Shown here: in pieces, positions 42,986 through 51,739 of the stretch | How the letters are laid out: the number at the start of each line of letters is the position of its first letter | Position numbering within the stretch: the stretch's first letter is position 1 | Assembly (NCBI GenBank): GCA_036003325.1 | Contig: DASYSM010000025.1 | Coordinates: 2,633 to 66,632, forward strand | Reading direction: 5' to 3' | Length of the DNA stretch: 64,000 bases | DNA from: Candidatus Limnocylindrales bacterium | Lineage (GTDB): Bacteria; Chloroflexota; Limnocylindria; Limnocylindrales; CSP1-4 | The notes under the pieces: generated by a model | What the model was told of the DNA's origin: nothing | Database searches by the model: none | What the model saw: the letters and a program-made list of their open reading frames with translations, nothing else | Made by a program: the position numbers and the translations under genes

Positions 42986-43950
42986 GCGGGCGTGCCCCCG
43001 TCGGCGGGTGGCTGGTCGGCGGCCGGCAGGCCGGCGGTCGCGGGGGCGACCGGCGCGTCGCGGAACAGGTCCTCGAGGCTCTGGCGTCGCTGCTCCAGTC
43101 GCACCAGGCGGAGGGACAGGTCGGCGACGGCATCGCGGACGATGTCGTACTGGGCGTCCTCGCTCACCGCGAGCAGGACGGTCCGACCGTCCGCGACGGC
43201 CTGCAGCCCACGCGCCGACAGCGCAGCCGCGAGCGTCGACTCGCCCTCCTCGACCTCGACCGCGAGGACACCGGTCCGTTCGGTGAAGGCACCCAGCGGC
43301 GCGGCGCGGAGCAGCCGGCCGGCATCGATGGCCACCAGGAAGTCGCACACCCGCTCGATCTCGCCGAGAAGGTGGCTGGCGACGATCACCGCGATCCCGA
43401 ACTCGGTCCCGGTCCGACGGACGAGCCCGAGCATCTCCTCGCGGCCCGCCGGGTCGAGTCCGTTGGTCGGTTCGTCGAGCAGTAGCAGCCTCGGGCCGTG
43501 GACGAGCGCCTGGGCGAGCTTGACCCGTTGCTTCATCCCGGTCGAGTAGCCGCCCATCGCCCGGTAGCGCTCCTCGTACAGGCCGACATGGCGCAGCACC
43601 TCGGCCGTGCGCTCGCGCGCCGAGGCGCTCGGCAGTCCGGACATGCGGGCCATGTGGCTGACGAAATCGGTCGCCGACGTGTCGGGCGGCAGGCAGTCGT
43701 ACTCGGGCATGTAGCCGACGAACTGACGGATGGTCGTGCCCTTCGTTCGCACGTCGAGGTCCATCACCGACGCGTCGCCCGAGGTCGGCGGCAGCAGCCC
43801 GAGCAGGATCTTGATGAGCGTGCTCTTGCCCGCGCCGTTCGCGCCGACCAGCCCGATGATGCCGGGCTCGAGGTCGAGGGTCAGGCCGTCGAGGGCGGTG
43901 ACGCCGCGCGGGTAGCGCTTCGTCAGGTTCTGCAGGGCGATGAGACTCAT
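42982..43950 (-). CDS. ABC transporter ATP-binding protein
   Basis: Walker A is GANGAGKST, the signature is YSTGMKQR and Walker B is LLLDEPTNGLD. Confidence 0.9.
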   Translation of the reverse strand: MSLIALQNLTKRYPRGVTALDGLTLDLEPGIIGLVGANGAGKSTLIKILLGLLPPTSGDASVMDLDVRTKGTTIRQFVGYMPEYDCLPPDTSATDFVSHMARMSGLPSASARERTAEVLRHVGLYEERYRAMGGYSTGMKQRVKLAQALVHGPRLLLLDEPTNGLDPAGREEMLGLVRRTGTEFGIAVIVASHLLGEIERVCDFLVAIDAGRLLRAAPLGAFTERTGVLAVEVEEGESTLAAALSARGLQAVADGRTVLLAVSEDAQYDIVRDAVADLSLRLVRLEQRRQSLEDLFRDAPVAPATAGLPAADQPPADGGTPA

Positions 43951-44002
43951 GGGCAGGTCAAGGGTACCCGGCCCCGATCGGGCCGGTCAGCCGGGAGGTA
44001 CG

Positions 44003-45895
44003 TCAGCGGAAACGGATGCTCGTGGCGACGGCCGTCCCGATCTTGATGATGGCGCTCGGCTGTCGGTCGGGCGACGCTTCCATGGCGATCACCAGCGGGC
44101 CTGCGTCGCTGTCGATGACCACGATCCGGGTCGTCCCGTTGGGTTCGAGGAAGAACGTCTCCGAGCCGTTCCCGAACAGGGCGACCCGCTCGCGCCCGGT
44201 CGGTGACAAGTCGATCGTGGTGGCCGTGTGCTTGTCGATCTTCCGATCCGTCGGCTTGCCGGCGGCGACGCCATCGGTGTCGATGAAGGCCTCGACCAGA
44301 AGGCGCGCGGTCGTCGGGGCGTCGGCTGGATCGCCGGACGGGTAGATGGTGGCGATCCGACTGGCGATCGTCAGACGGCCCTCGTCGCGGGCAAGAGCGA
44401 GCACGTCGGAGCGCGAATCAGTGACCGACCAGCCACGACCGATCTTGAACCGGATGGCCGGAACGAAATGGCTCGGCTCGTAGGTCCCCGCATCGAGGCC
44501 GCAGGGAACGCCGAAGAACGGCTCGCAGGCGTCGAGCATCCCGGGGCTGGGCGGCTTCGGGCCGGACGTCCGGGTCGGGGTCGAGGCGGGCTTGGCGAGT
44601 GCCGTCGGTCTCACGACGGGGGTCGGCGTCGGGCGCGCCGTCGGACGGGCAGTCGGACGCGCCGTCGGGCGGGGCGTCGGGCTGGCGAACGCGACCCCGC
44701 TCGGTCCGCCGCCGGGCAACGCTGCCAGAAGCAATGCCGCGGCGACGATCCCGACGACGACCGTCAGCACCATCAGCGGCGCCGCGATGACCGGTGACGC
44801 GCGGCGCACCGTGTCCAGCCCGACCGACGCTGAAGCAGCCGCACCGGACCCGACGCCAGCCGGTCGCAGCGGCGCGACCAGGCCGGGCATCGGCGGAGCC
44901 GCCCCGACCGGCGTCGGCACTCCGTGGGCGAGAGCCGCCGCCGCGGCTGCCGCCGCCGCGGCCAGCGCGGCCGAATCGGTCGCGACCGTCGGGCTCGCCC
45001 CATCAACGTGGGCCAGGGCCGACTCGAGCGCACTCGCGAACGCCTGACCGTTCGGGTAGCGGCGCGTCGGCTCCGGGTCGAGGGCATGGGCGACGATCGA
45101 ATCGAGCTCCAGCGGCACCTCGGGAGTGACATCGCGCGGGTGCGGCGCCGGGGCGCCGATCCGAGCTGCCGCGAGCCTCGCGGTCGTCTCGCCGCTCCAG
45201 GCCCGCCGGCCGGTCAGCGATTCGTACAGCACCAGCCCGAGGCTGTAGACGTCCGATGCCGCGGTCGTCGTCTCGCCCGTGGCCTGTTCCGGGCTGAAGT
45301 AGTGGACCGAGCCGAGCGTGGTCCCGGGCACGGCCCCTTCGGCGTCCGCCGACAGCCGGGCGATCCCGAAGTCGGTGACCATCGCGCGTCCGTCGCGTGC
45401 CAGCAGGATGTTGCCGGGTTTCACGTCGCGGTGGACGATGCCGCGGATATGCGCGACGCCGAGGGCGCGAGCGACGTCCAGCCCGATCCTGGTCGCGTCG
45501 CTCGGGGTGAGCCGGCCGACGCGTCGCAGGCGTCCGGCAAGATCCTCGCCCTCGATCAGCTCCATGACCAGGAACGGCTGGCCGTCGTCGGTACCGGTCT
45601 CGAGGCAGCCGACGATGTTCGGATGGCGCAGGACGGTCGCGGCGAGGGCCTCGCGCCGGAAGCGCATCGCGATGTCGGCGTCCTCGACGACCTCGCGACG
45701 GAGCAGCTTGACGGCGACGGTGCGGTCGAACCTGATGTCGGTCGCGCGGTGGACGGTGGCCATCCCACCGACCCCGATCAGCTCCGCGAGCCGGTAGCGG
45801 CCCGCGACCAGCCGCCCGACGTCAGCGGCGGGAGTGGCGGGTTCGCGCGGCTCGCTCACGCCGCGACGATAGCCCAGGTCCGGAGAATCGGCCAA
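44003..45895 (-). CDS. receptor-type Ser/Thr protein kinase with an uncharacterised extracytoplasmic C-terminal domain
   Basis: Hanks motifs are present: GVGGMATVH, VAVKLL, HRDVKPGNILL, DFGIA and SPEQA. A single TM (VIAAPLMVLTVVVGIVAAALLLAAL) is followed by a Pro/Thr/Arg linker and a roughly 190-aa domain. The start is TTG 45895, with GTG 45859 as an alternative. Confidence 0.9.
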   Translation of the reverse strand: MADSPDLGYRRGVSEPREPATPAADVGRLVAGRYRLAELIGVGGMATVHRATDIRFDRTVAVKLLRREVVEDADIAMRFRREALAATVLRHPNIVGCLETGTDDGQPFLVMELIEGEDLAGRLRRVGRLTPSDATRIGLDVARALGVAHIRGIVHRDVKPGNILLARDGRAMVTDFGIARLSADAEGAVPGTTLGSVHYFSPEQATGETTTAASDVYSLGLVLYESLTGRRAWSGETTARLAAARIGAPAPHPRDVTPEVPLELDSIVAHALDPEPTRRYPNGQAFASALESALAHVDGASPTVATDSAALAAAAAAAAAALAHGVPTPVGAAPPMPGLVAPLRPAGVGSGAAASASVGLDTVRRASPVIAAPLMVLTVVVGIVAAALLLAALPGGGPSGVAFASPTPRPTARPTARPTARPTPTPVVRPTALAKPASTPTRTSGPKPPSPGMLDACEPFFGVPCGLDAGTYEPSHFVPAIRFKIGRGWSVTDSRSDVLALARDEGRLTIASRIATIYPSGDPADAPTTARLLVEAFIDTDGVAAGKPTDRKIDKHTATTIDLSPTGRERVALFGNGSETFFLEPNGTTRIVVIDSDAGPLVIAMEASPDRQPSAIIKIGTAVATSIRFR

Positions 45896-45913
45896 GATCG
45901 GGCGCGGGTACGT

Positions 45914-47083
45914 TCACCGGCTGCTGGTGCGCATCTCGACAGTGTTCGCCCTGACGTAGTCCCAGTCCAGGGCGATTCCGAAGCCAGGGCGGTCCGGCAA
46001 GCGATAACGCCCACCAGCGATCCTGGTAGACATGTCAGTCAGGCGCCAGAAGAAGGGATCGCGCTCCTCGTCGAAGCATTCGGTGAAGGTGTGGTCGGGC
46101 ACGCTCGCCAGCAGGTGCGACGAGACCTGTGGCTCCTCGTGGTGGCCGAGCTGGACACCGAATGCGGCGCACAGACCGGCCGCTTTGCGCCAGATCGTCG
46201 GTCCACCTGCCCACGACGCGTCGAAGTTGGAGACGTCGATGGCACCGTCCATCACGAGGTCGCGCATGCCGCGCAGGGTGGTCTCGCTCTGGCCGGCGCA
46301 CACGGCCACGCCCGCCTGGTAGCGCACGTCGCGCATCCAGCGTCGATCGTTGGTCCAGCGGACAGGTTCCTCGAACCAGCGCAGATCGAGGTCGCTGACC
46401 CGCCGCGCGAACTCGACCGCCTCCGCCAGCTCGTATCCCTGGTTGGCGTCGGCCATCAGCGCGAAGTCGGGGCCGGCCGCCTCGCGCGCCACGCTGAACC
46501 GGGCGGCGTCCTCCGCTGGTGAGCGACCGCCGACCTTGAACTTCATGCCGCCAAAGCCCCGCTCGATGTAGCGCCGGACGGTGTCGGCGGTCTGGGCGGC
46601 GTCGAGGTGGTAGTACCCGCCGATGACGCTGATCGGTACCTCGTCCGTCACCGCACCCCACAGCCGATACAACGGCTGCTCGACCGCCCGACCCAGCGCA
46701 TCCCAGATCGCGGTGTCGACCGCGGCGATCGCCTGGAGCGCCAGGCCGCGGTCGCGCAGGATGTTGTTGGTTGCGGGCTCCATCGCCCGCCAGGCGCCCT
46801 CAGGGTCGCGGGCGCTCCGCCCGAGGACCGCCGGCGCGAGCTCGTCGTGGATGATCGCGGTGATGAGCGCCTGCTCGTCGTCGGTGTCGCCGGAATAGGT
46901 CTCGGCGATCACGCCATCGGCGGTGGTCAGGCGCACGACGATCGTGCACCGGTTGACCATCGAGTATGCCGACCCCGAGAACCGGCGAGCGAGCGGTGCC
47001 CGCAGCGCGATGGTCTCGAGACGGTCGATGACCAGCGAGCCTGCGGCGAGCGCCTCTGCCGCCGTCTCTGCGTCGGAGCTCAT
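45914..47083 (-). CDS. enolase-superfamily enzyme (mandelate racemase/muconate lactonizing family, MR-like dehydratase subgroup)
   Basis: The KxK motif is GGMKFKVGG. The metal ligands are in MADANQGY, WFEEPV and CAGQSE. The ATG overlaps the E1-beta stop (ATGA). Confidence 0.85.
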   Translation of the reverse strand: MSSDAETAAEALAAGSLVIDRLETIALRAPLARRFSGSAYSMVNRCTIVVRLTTADGVIAETYSGDTDDEQALITAIIHDELAPAVLGRSARDPEGAWRAMEPATNNILRDRGLALQAIAAVDTAIWDALGRAVEQPLYRLWGAVTDEVPISVIGGYYHLDAAQTADTVRRYIERGFGGMKFKVGGRSPAEDAARFSVAREAAGPDFALMADANQGYELAEAVEFARRVSDLDLRWFEEPVRWTNDRRWMRDVRYQAGVAVCAGQSETTLRGMRDLVMDGAIDVSNFDASWAGGPTIWRKAAGLCAAFGVQLGHHEEPQVSSHLLASVPDHTFTECFDEERDPFFWRLTDMSTRIAGGRYRLPDRPGFGIALDWDYVRANTVEMRTSSR

Positions 47084-48099
47084 CCTCCGACGCTCGCCCG
47101 CGCCGCGGCGACGATCCTCTCGACCGAGGGGATGATCTCGTCCTCGAGTGGCGGCGTGTACGGGATCGGCAGGTCGTCGGGCAGACTGACGCGCCGGGGC
47201 GCGCTCACCAAGGCCACGCCTCCGATGGTCAGCTCCGAGATGATCGTGGCGCCCCAGCCAGCGGCATGGACCTGCTCCTCCGCGATCACGATCCGGGCGG
47301 TCTTCTCGACCGATGCACGGACGGTCGGGAGGTCGAGCGGTCGGAGCCAGCGCAGGTCGATGACCTCCGCCTCGATGCCTTGTTCGGCCAGCTGCTCGGC
47401 AGCGGCGAGCGCGCGCTCGACCATCAGCAGGGTGGCCACGATCGTGACATCGCCACCGTTCCGTAGGACCGCAGCCTTGCCGATCTCGGCGACCTCCCCG
47501 CGGTCGACCGGCCCCTTCCGGCCATACAGCCCCTTATGCTCGTAGAAGAGGATCGGGTTCGGGTGCGCGACGGCCGCACGCAGCAGGCTGTAAGCCGAGC
47601 CCGGCGAGCCCGCAGTCACGACACGAAGGCCGGGCAGATGCATGAACCAGCTCTCGCCGGTCGCGCTGTGCTGCGTGCCGAACCGTCCTGTCGCTCCGCC
47701 GATGACCCGGACCGTGACCGGCACCGTCGTCTGCCCGCCCGACATGAAGCGGTACTTCGGGAGCTGGTTGACGATCGCATCGCCACCGCTCGGCAGGAAG
47801 TCCGCAAACATGATCTCGACCACCGGGCGCATGCCGAGCAGGCTCATCCCGAGCGCGACCCCTAAGAATCCGTTCTCGCAGATCGGCGTATTCCTGACCC
47901 GTCCCGGGCCGTATTTCTCGATCAGGCCACCGTTCGTCTTGAACACGCCTCCATCGGCGCCGACGTCCTCGCCCATCAGGAGGACTGCGTCGTCGGCCGC
48001 CATCGCATCATCGAGCGCGGCCGTGATCGCCTCACGGTAGGTCAGGACGCTCGCGACGTCGCCCACTGCCGGCGAGATGGCCTCAGTCGGCGTAGACAT
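47080..48099 (-). CDS. 2-oxoacid dehydrogenase E1 component, beta subunit
   Basis: The motifs LTYREAITAALDDAM..LLMGEDVG, DTPICENGF-like (NTPICENGFLG) and the transketolase C-terminal module are present. The start is ATG 48099, which overlaps the E1-alpha 3' end by 17 nt. Confidence 0.85.
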   Translation of the reverse strand: MSTPTEAISPAVGDVASVLTYREAITAALDDAMAADDAVLLMGEDVGADGGVFKTNGGLIEKYGPGRVRNTPICENGFLGVALGMSLLGMRPVVEIMFADFLPSGGDAIVNQLPKYRFMSGGQTTVPVTVRVIGGATGRFGTQHSATGESWFMHLPGLRVVTAGSPGSAYSLLRAAVAHPNPILFYEHKGLYGRKGPVDRGEVAEIGKAAVLRNGGDVTIVATLLMVERALAAAEQLAEQGIEAEVIDLRWLRPLDLPTVRASVEKTARIVIAEEQVHAAGWGATIISELTIGGVALVSAPRRVSLPDDLPIPYTPPLEDEIIPSVERIVAAARASVGG

Positions 48100-49033
48100 A
48101 TGGACGGGTCTCCTCGAGGGTCGGATATGGAGCGGCCGCGGCACGCTCGGCCGCGGCGTCGATCTCGGCCTGGATCTCCTGCCGGATCGCGGGCGGGTCG
48201 CCGGACGCGATCTCGCCATCATCGACCAGGCGGGCTCCGAGGATCTCGATCGGATCGCGCGCCCTCCAGGCGTCGAGCTCGCCGGCCGGCCGGTACTTGG
48301 CCGGGTCCGAGCGCGAGTGGCCGCGATAGCGATAGGTCTTCATCTCGAGGAGGCTCGGGCCGTCACCGCCGCGCGCCCGTTCTACTGCCTCGGCGGTAGC
48401 GGCATTTACGGCGTCGACGTCCTGACCATCGACGATGATCCCGGGCATCCCATATGGGTCCGCGCGCCGGGCCAGGTCATCGAGCGGGGTCGTCGTCCGC
48501 AGCGGGCTGTACTCGCCGTACAGGTTGTTTGCGACGATGAACACGACCGGCGCCGACCAGATGGCCGCCATGTTGAGCGCCTCGTGGAACGTGCCGATGT
48601 TCGTCGCTCCATCGCCGAAGAATGCCAGCGCCACGTTCGGCTTGTGCTGCATCTGGAACGCGACGGCGGCCCCGACGGCGATCGGCAGGCCTGCACCGAC
48701 GATGGCATTGGCACCGATGTTGCCCTTGCTGAAGTCGATCAGGTGCATCGACCCGCCGACGCCGCCCGAGCCTCCCGTCGAGCGACCCATCAGCTCGGCG
48801 AACGCCGTCTCGGGCGCCATGCCGAGCGCCAGGGCCTCGCCGTGGCCGCGATATGTGTTGGTTTGGACGTCGCCCGGGTGCATGGCCGCGATGGCGCCGA
48901 CGGACACCGCCTCCTGTCCCTGACACAGGTGCGTCGTGCCCTGGATCAGACCCGCCTGGAACAGCTCCTGGACCTTGTCCTCGAAGAGGCGGATGCGAAC
49001 AAGCATCCGGTACCAGGCGAGTCGATCGGTCAT
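48083..49033 (-). CDS. 2-oxoacid dehydrogenase E1 component, alpha subunit (TPP-dependent)
   Basis: The motif YRMLVRIRLFEDKV and the TPP-binding motif FFGDGATNIG...IVANNLYG are present. I prefer ATG 49033, because the stretch 49045-49083 looks like AT-rich operator sequence. The ORF is open up to ATG 49069. Confidence 0.85.
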   Translation of the reverse strand: MTDRLAWYRMLVRIRLFEDKVQELFQAGLIQGTTHLCQGQEAVSVGAIAAMHPGDVQTNTYRGHGEALALGMAPETAFAELMGRSTGGSGGVGGSMHLIDFSKGNIGANAIVGAGLPIAVGAAVAFQMQHKPNVALAFFGDGATNIGTFHEALNMAAIWSAPVVFIVANNLYGEYSPLRTTTPLDDLARRADPYGMPGIIVDGQDVDAVNAATAEAVERARGGDGPSLLEMKTYRYRGHSRSDPAKYRPAGELDAWRARDPIEILGARLVDDGEIASGDPPAIRQEIQAEIDAAAERAAAAPYPTLEETRPYVYAD

Positions 49034-49044
49034 CGGCCGAGCCC

Positions 49045-49083
49045 CATCTATCGTGATCAATGATCGCATCCAACGGTATCATG
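49045..49083. promoter_or_regulatory. AT-enriched operator-like words (CATCTATCGTGATCAATGATCG, GGTATCATG) in the E1-alpha/lipoyl divergent region
   Basis: This is a locally AT-rich patch in a GC-rich genome. It shares the CATCTA and GATCA words with 57814-57835 and 62167-62188. Confidence 0.3.
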
Positions 49084-49149
49084 TCGGTGGATGCGCGTCC
49101 GTGTGGTCGATGTCCTGGACGGCGCCAGCGGCTGCGACTGGAGGCACGC

Positions 49150-49395
49150 ATGACCCGGATCGCGATCGAGATGCCAAAGCTCGGCTACGACATGGAGACC
49201 GGCACGATCGGCGGCTGGTTGAAGGCGGTCGGCGACACCATCGCCCGGGGCGATGCGATCGCAGAGATCGAGACCGACAAGACGACCGTCGAGATGGAGG
49301 CGGCAGTCGGGGGCGAGCTGGTCGAGATCGTCCATGGGGCGGGCCAGGAGGTCCCCGTCGGCGCGACGATCGCCTGGCTCGAGGACGGCCAGTAG
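49150..49395 (+). CDS. stand-alone lipoyl-attachment (biotin/lipoyl) domain protein
   Basis: The 81-aa protein starts at ATG 49150, which follows GGAGG. The lipoyl-lysine motif is AEIETDKTTVEMEA. There is no E2 catalytic domain. I trimmed it from ORF 49060..49395. Confidence 0.8.
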   Translation: MTRIAIEMPKLGYDMETGTIGGWLKAVGDTIARGDAIAEIETDKTTVEMEAAVGGELVEIVHGAGQEVPVGATIAWLEDGQ

Positions 49396-49436
49396 GCAGT
49401 GGCCGACGGCGGGACGGGCGAACCCGGGGCGATCCC

Positions 49437-50600
49437 CTACTGCACGGGCGCCGACGCGGACGCCGGCTCGGTCACCGTGCCGAGCGTCGTCGAAGGCGGC
49501 GCGGCGGGGCGGATGGCGTCGCCGGTGTGTTCGGTGAAGTGGCAGGCCACGGACTGGCCCGTCCCCGCCACGTCCACGAGCTGTGGGACCTCGGTCACGC
49601 ATCGGGCCGGGTTGTCGAGCTGCTCGCGCAGCCAGCAGCGCGTGTGGAAGACGCACCCGCTCGGCGGATCGGCCGGGCTCGGCACGTCGCCCTTGAGCGT
49701 GATCCGCTGCCGCTTGCCCTTGGCGGCCGGGTCGGCGATCGGCGCGGCGGACAGCAGTGCCCTCGTGTACGGATGCGCCGGGTGCGCGTAGACCTGGCTG
49801 CGGCCGCCCATCTCCATGACCTTGCCGAGGTACATGACGACGACCCGATCCGAGATCTGGCGGACGACCGACAGGTTGTGAGCGATGAACAGGAAGGCGA
49901 TGCCGAGCCTGGCCTGGATATCCTCGAGCAGGTTGATGACCTGAGCCTGGATCGACACGTCGAGGGCTGACACGGGCTCGTCGAGGATCAGGATCTTCGG
50001 ATCCAGCGCGAGTGCCCGTGCGATCCCGACGCGCTGACGCTGCCCCCCCGACAATTGGTGCGGGTAGCGCTTGCCGTATTCGGACGTCAGCCCGACCAGT
50101 GACATGACCTCGTCGACCCGTGCCCGCCCAGTCCTCTTCTGGAACCGGCCGTGGATCTTGAGCGGCTCGGCGATGATCTCCGAGATCGGCAGCCGCGGGT
50201 TCAACGACCCGTAAGGATCTTGGAAGACCATCTGGAGCTCGCGCCGCAGCGGGCGCAGGGCCTTCCGGCCGAGATGGGTCACGTCGACATCGCCGACCAC
50301 GATCCGCCCGGCCGTTGGCTCGATGAGTCGGACGACGGCTCTCGCCGTGGTCGACTTGCCGCAGCCTGATTCGCCGACGAGGCCGACGGTCTCGCCCGCG
50401 GACAGGGTGAGCGAGACGCCCTCCACTGCGTGGATGCGCCGGCTCGAGCGGTTAAAGGGTCCGCCGCCGGCCCCGTAGTGGACGACCAGGTGCTCGATCC
50501 GAAGGAGCGGCTCCGCCGGCACAGCGGTCGGGGTCGTCGCGCTGGCAGACACGGTCGCGGGGGTCGCGGCGCCGCCCGCGTCGTCCGTCGTCTCACGCAT
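49437..50600 (-). CDS. peptide/nickel-type ABC transporter ATP-binding protein (DppF/OppF-like)
   Basis: Walker A is GESGCGKST, the signature is LSGGQRQR and Walker B is ILILDEPVSALD. An oligopeptide-type C-terminal domain is present. Confidence 0.9.
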   Translation of the reverse strand: MRETTDDAGGAATPATVSASATTPTAVPAEPLLRIEHLVVHYGAGGGPFNRSSRRIHAVEGVSLTLSAGETVGLVGESGCGKSTTARAVVRLIEPTAGRIVVGDVDVTHLGRKALRPLRRELQMVFQDPYGSLNPRLPISEIIAEPLKIHGRFQKRTGRARVDEVMSLVGLTSEYGKRYPHQLSGGQRQRVGIARALALDPKILILDEPVSALDVSIQAQVINLLEDIQARLGIAFLFIAHNLSVVRQISDRVVVMYLGKVMEMGGRSQVYAHPAHPYTRALLSAAPIADPAAKGKRQRITLKGDVPSPADPPSGCVFHTRCWLREQLDNPARCVTEVPQLVDVAGTGQSVACHFTEHTGDAIRPAAPPSTTLGTVTEPASASAPVQ

Positions 50601-51687
50601 CGGCGGTCTCGGCCTGCGGAGCGCGCCTGCCGTCGATCATCTCGGACCAGAAGTGGCAGGCCGACAGGTGGGCCGGAGCGACCAGGACGGGCAGCGGTCG
50701 TTCCTCGCGGCAGATCGCACGGCCGGCCGACCGCGCACAGCGCGGATGGAACGCGCAGCCGGACGGCAGATTGGTCAGGCTCGGCGGCTGGCCTGGGATC
50801 GGATGGAGGCGCCGCGGTTCGCCGCCCATCGCGGGGATGCTGCCCATCAATCCCTCGGTATAGGGGTGTGTCGGCATCCGGAAGATCTCCGCGCACTCGC
50901 CGATCTCGGACACTCGACCGGCGTACATCACCACGATCCGATCGGCGAGCTCGGCCACCAGCCCCAGGTCGTGGGTGATGAGGATGGTCGCGGCGTGCGT
51001 CTCCTGGCGGGCGATCTCGAGGATCTCCAGCACCTGCGCCTGGATCGTCACGTCGAGCGCGGTCGTCGCCTCGTCTGCGACCAGGATCTTGGGGTCGTTG
51101 GCGATGGCCATGGCGATCATCGCGCGCTGGCGCATCCCGCCCGAGAACTCGTGCGGGTACTGGCGTGATCGCTGTGCCGCATCCGGGATCCCGACCAGGT
51201 CGAGGAGCTGGACCGTCCGGGCGCGAGCGGTCGTCGAGGTAGAGGCCCGGCCGTGTGCCCGGATGGTCTCGTCGATCTGGTCGCCGACGGTCATGACCGG
51301 ATTGAGCGAGGTGTTCGGATCCTGGAAGATCATCGCGATATCGCTGCCACGGATCGGCTGGAGCGACTTGGTCGACAGCTCCAGGAGATCCTGACCGCCG
51401 AGCATCACCGAACCGGTCACCGTGGCCATCGTCCGCCCGAGGAGCCCCATCGCCGCGAGCCAGGTGACGCTCTTGCCGGAGCCTGACTCCCCGACGACGC
51501 CAAGCGTCTCGCCCGCGTAGACGTCGTAGGAGACGTGGTCGACGGCGTGGACGATACCTTCCTCGGTCGTGAAGTCGACGGTGAGATCGCGGATCTCGAG
51601 GACCTTGCGCAGGCCCGCCGTGGTCGTCGCCGTCGCATCGCCCGCGGGCGGATGAGCGTCCGGCGCCGGCTGCAGGACGTCAGTCAT
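50593..51687 (-). CDS. peptide/nickel-type ABC transporter ATP-binding protein (DppD/OppD-like)
   Basis: Walker A is GESGSGKS, the signature is FSGGMRQR and Walker B is ILVADEATTALD. Confidence 0.9.
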   Translation of the reverse strand: MTDVLQPAPDAHPPAGDATATTTAGLRKVLEIRDLTVDFTTEEGIVHAVDHVSYDVYAGETLGVVGESGSGKSVTWLAAMGLLGRTMATVTGSVMLGGQDLLELSTKSLQPIRGSDIAMIFQDPNTSLNPVMTVGDQIDETIRAHGRASTSTTARARTVQLLDLVGIPDAAQRSRQYPHEFSGGMRQRAMIAMAIANDPKILVADEATTALDVTIQAQVLEILEIARQETHAATILITHDLGLVAELADRIVVMYAGRVSEIGECAEIFRMPTHPYTEGLMGSIPAMGGEPRRLHPIPGQPPSLTNLPSGCAFHPRCARSAGRAICREERPLPVLVAPAHLSACHFWSEMIDGRRAPQAETADA

Positions 51688-51739
51688 CGGCCGCTCCCGT
51701 CACGCGGCGTCATCGGGCGGCGGACCTCGATCGGCGCTC

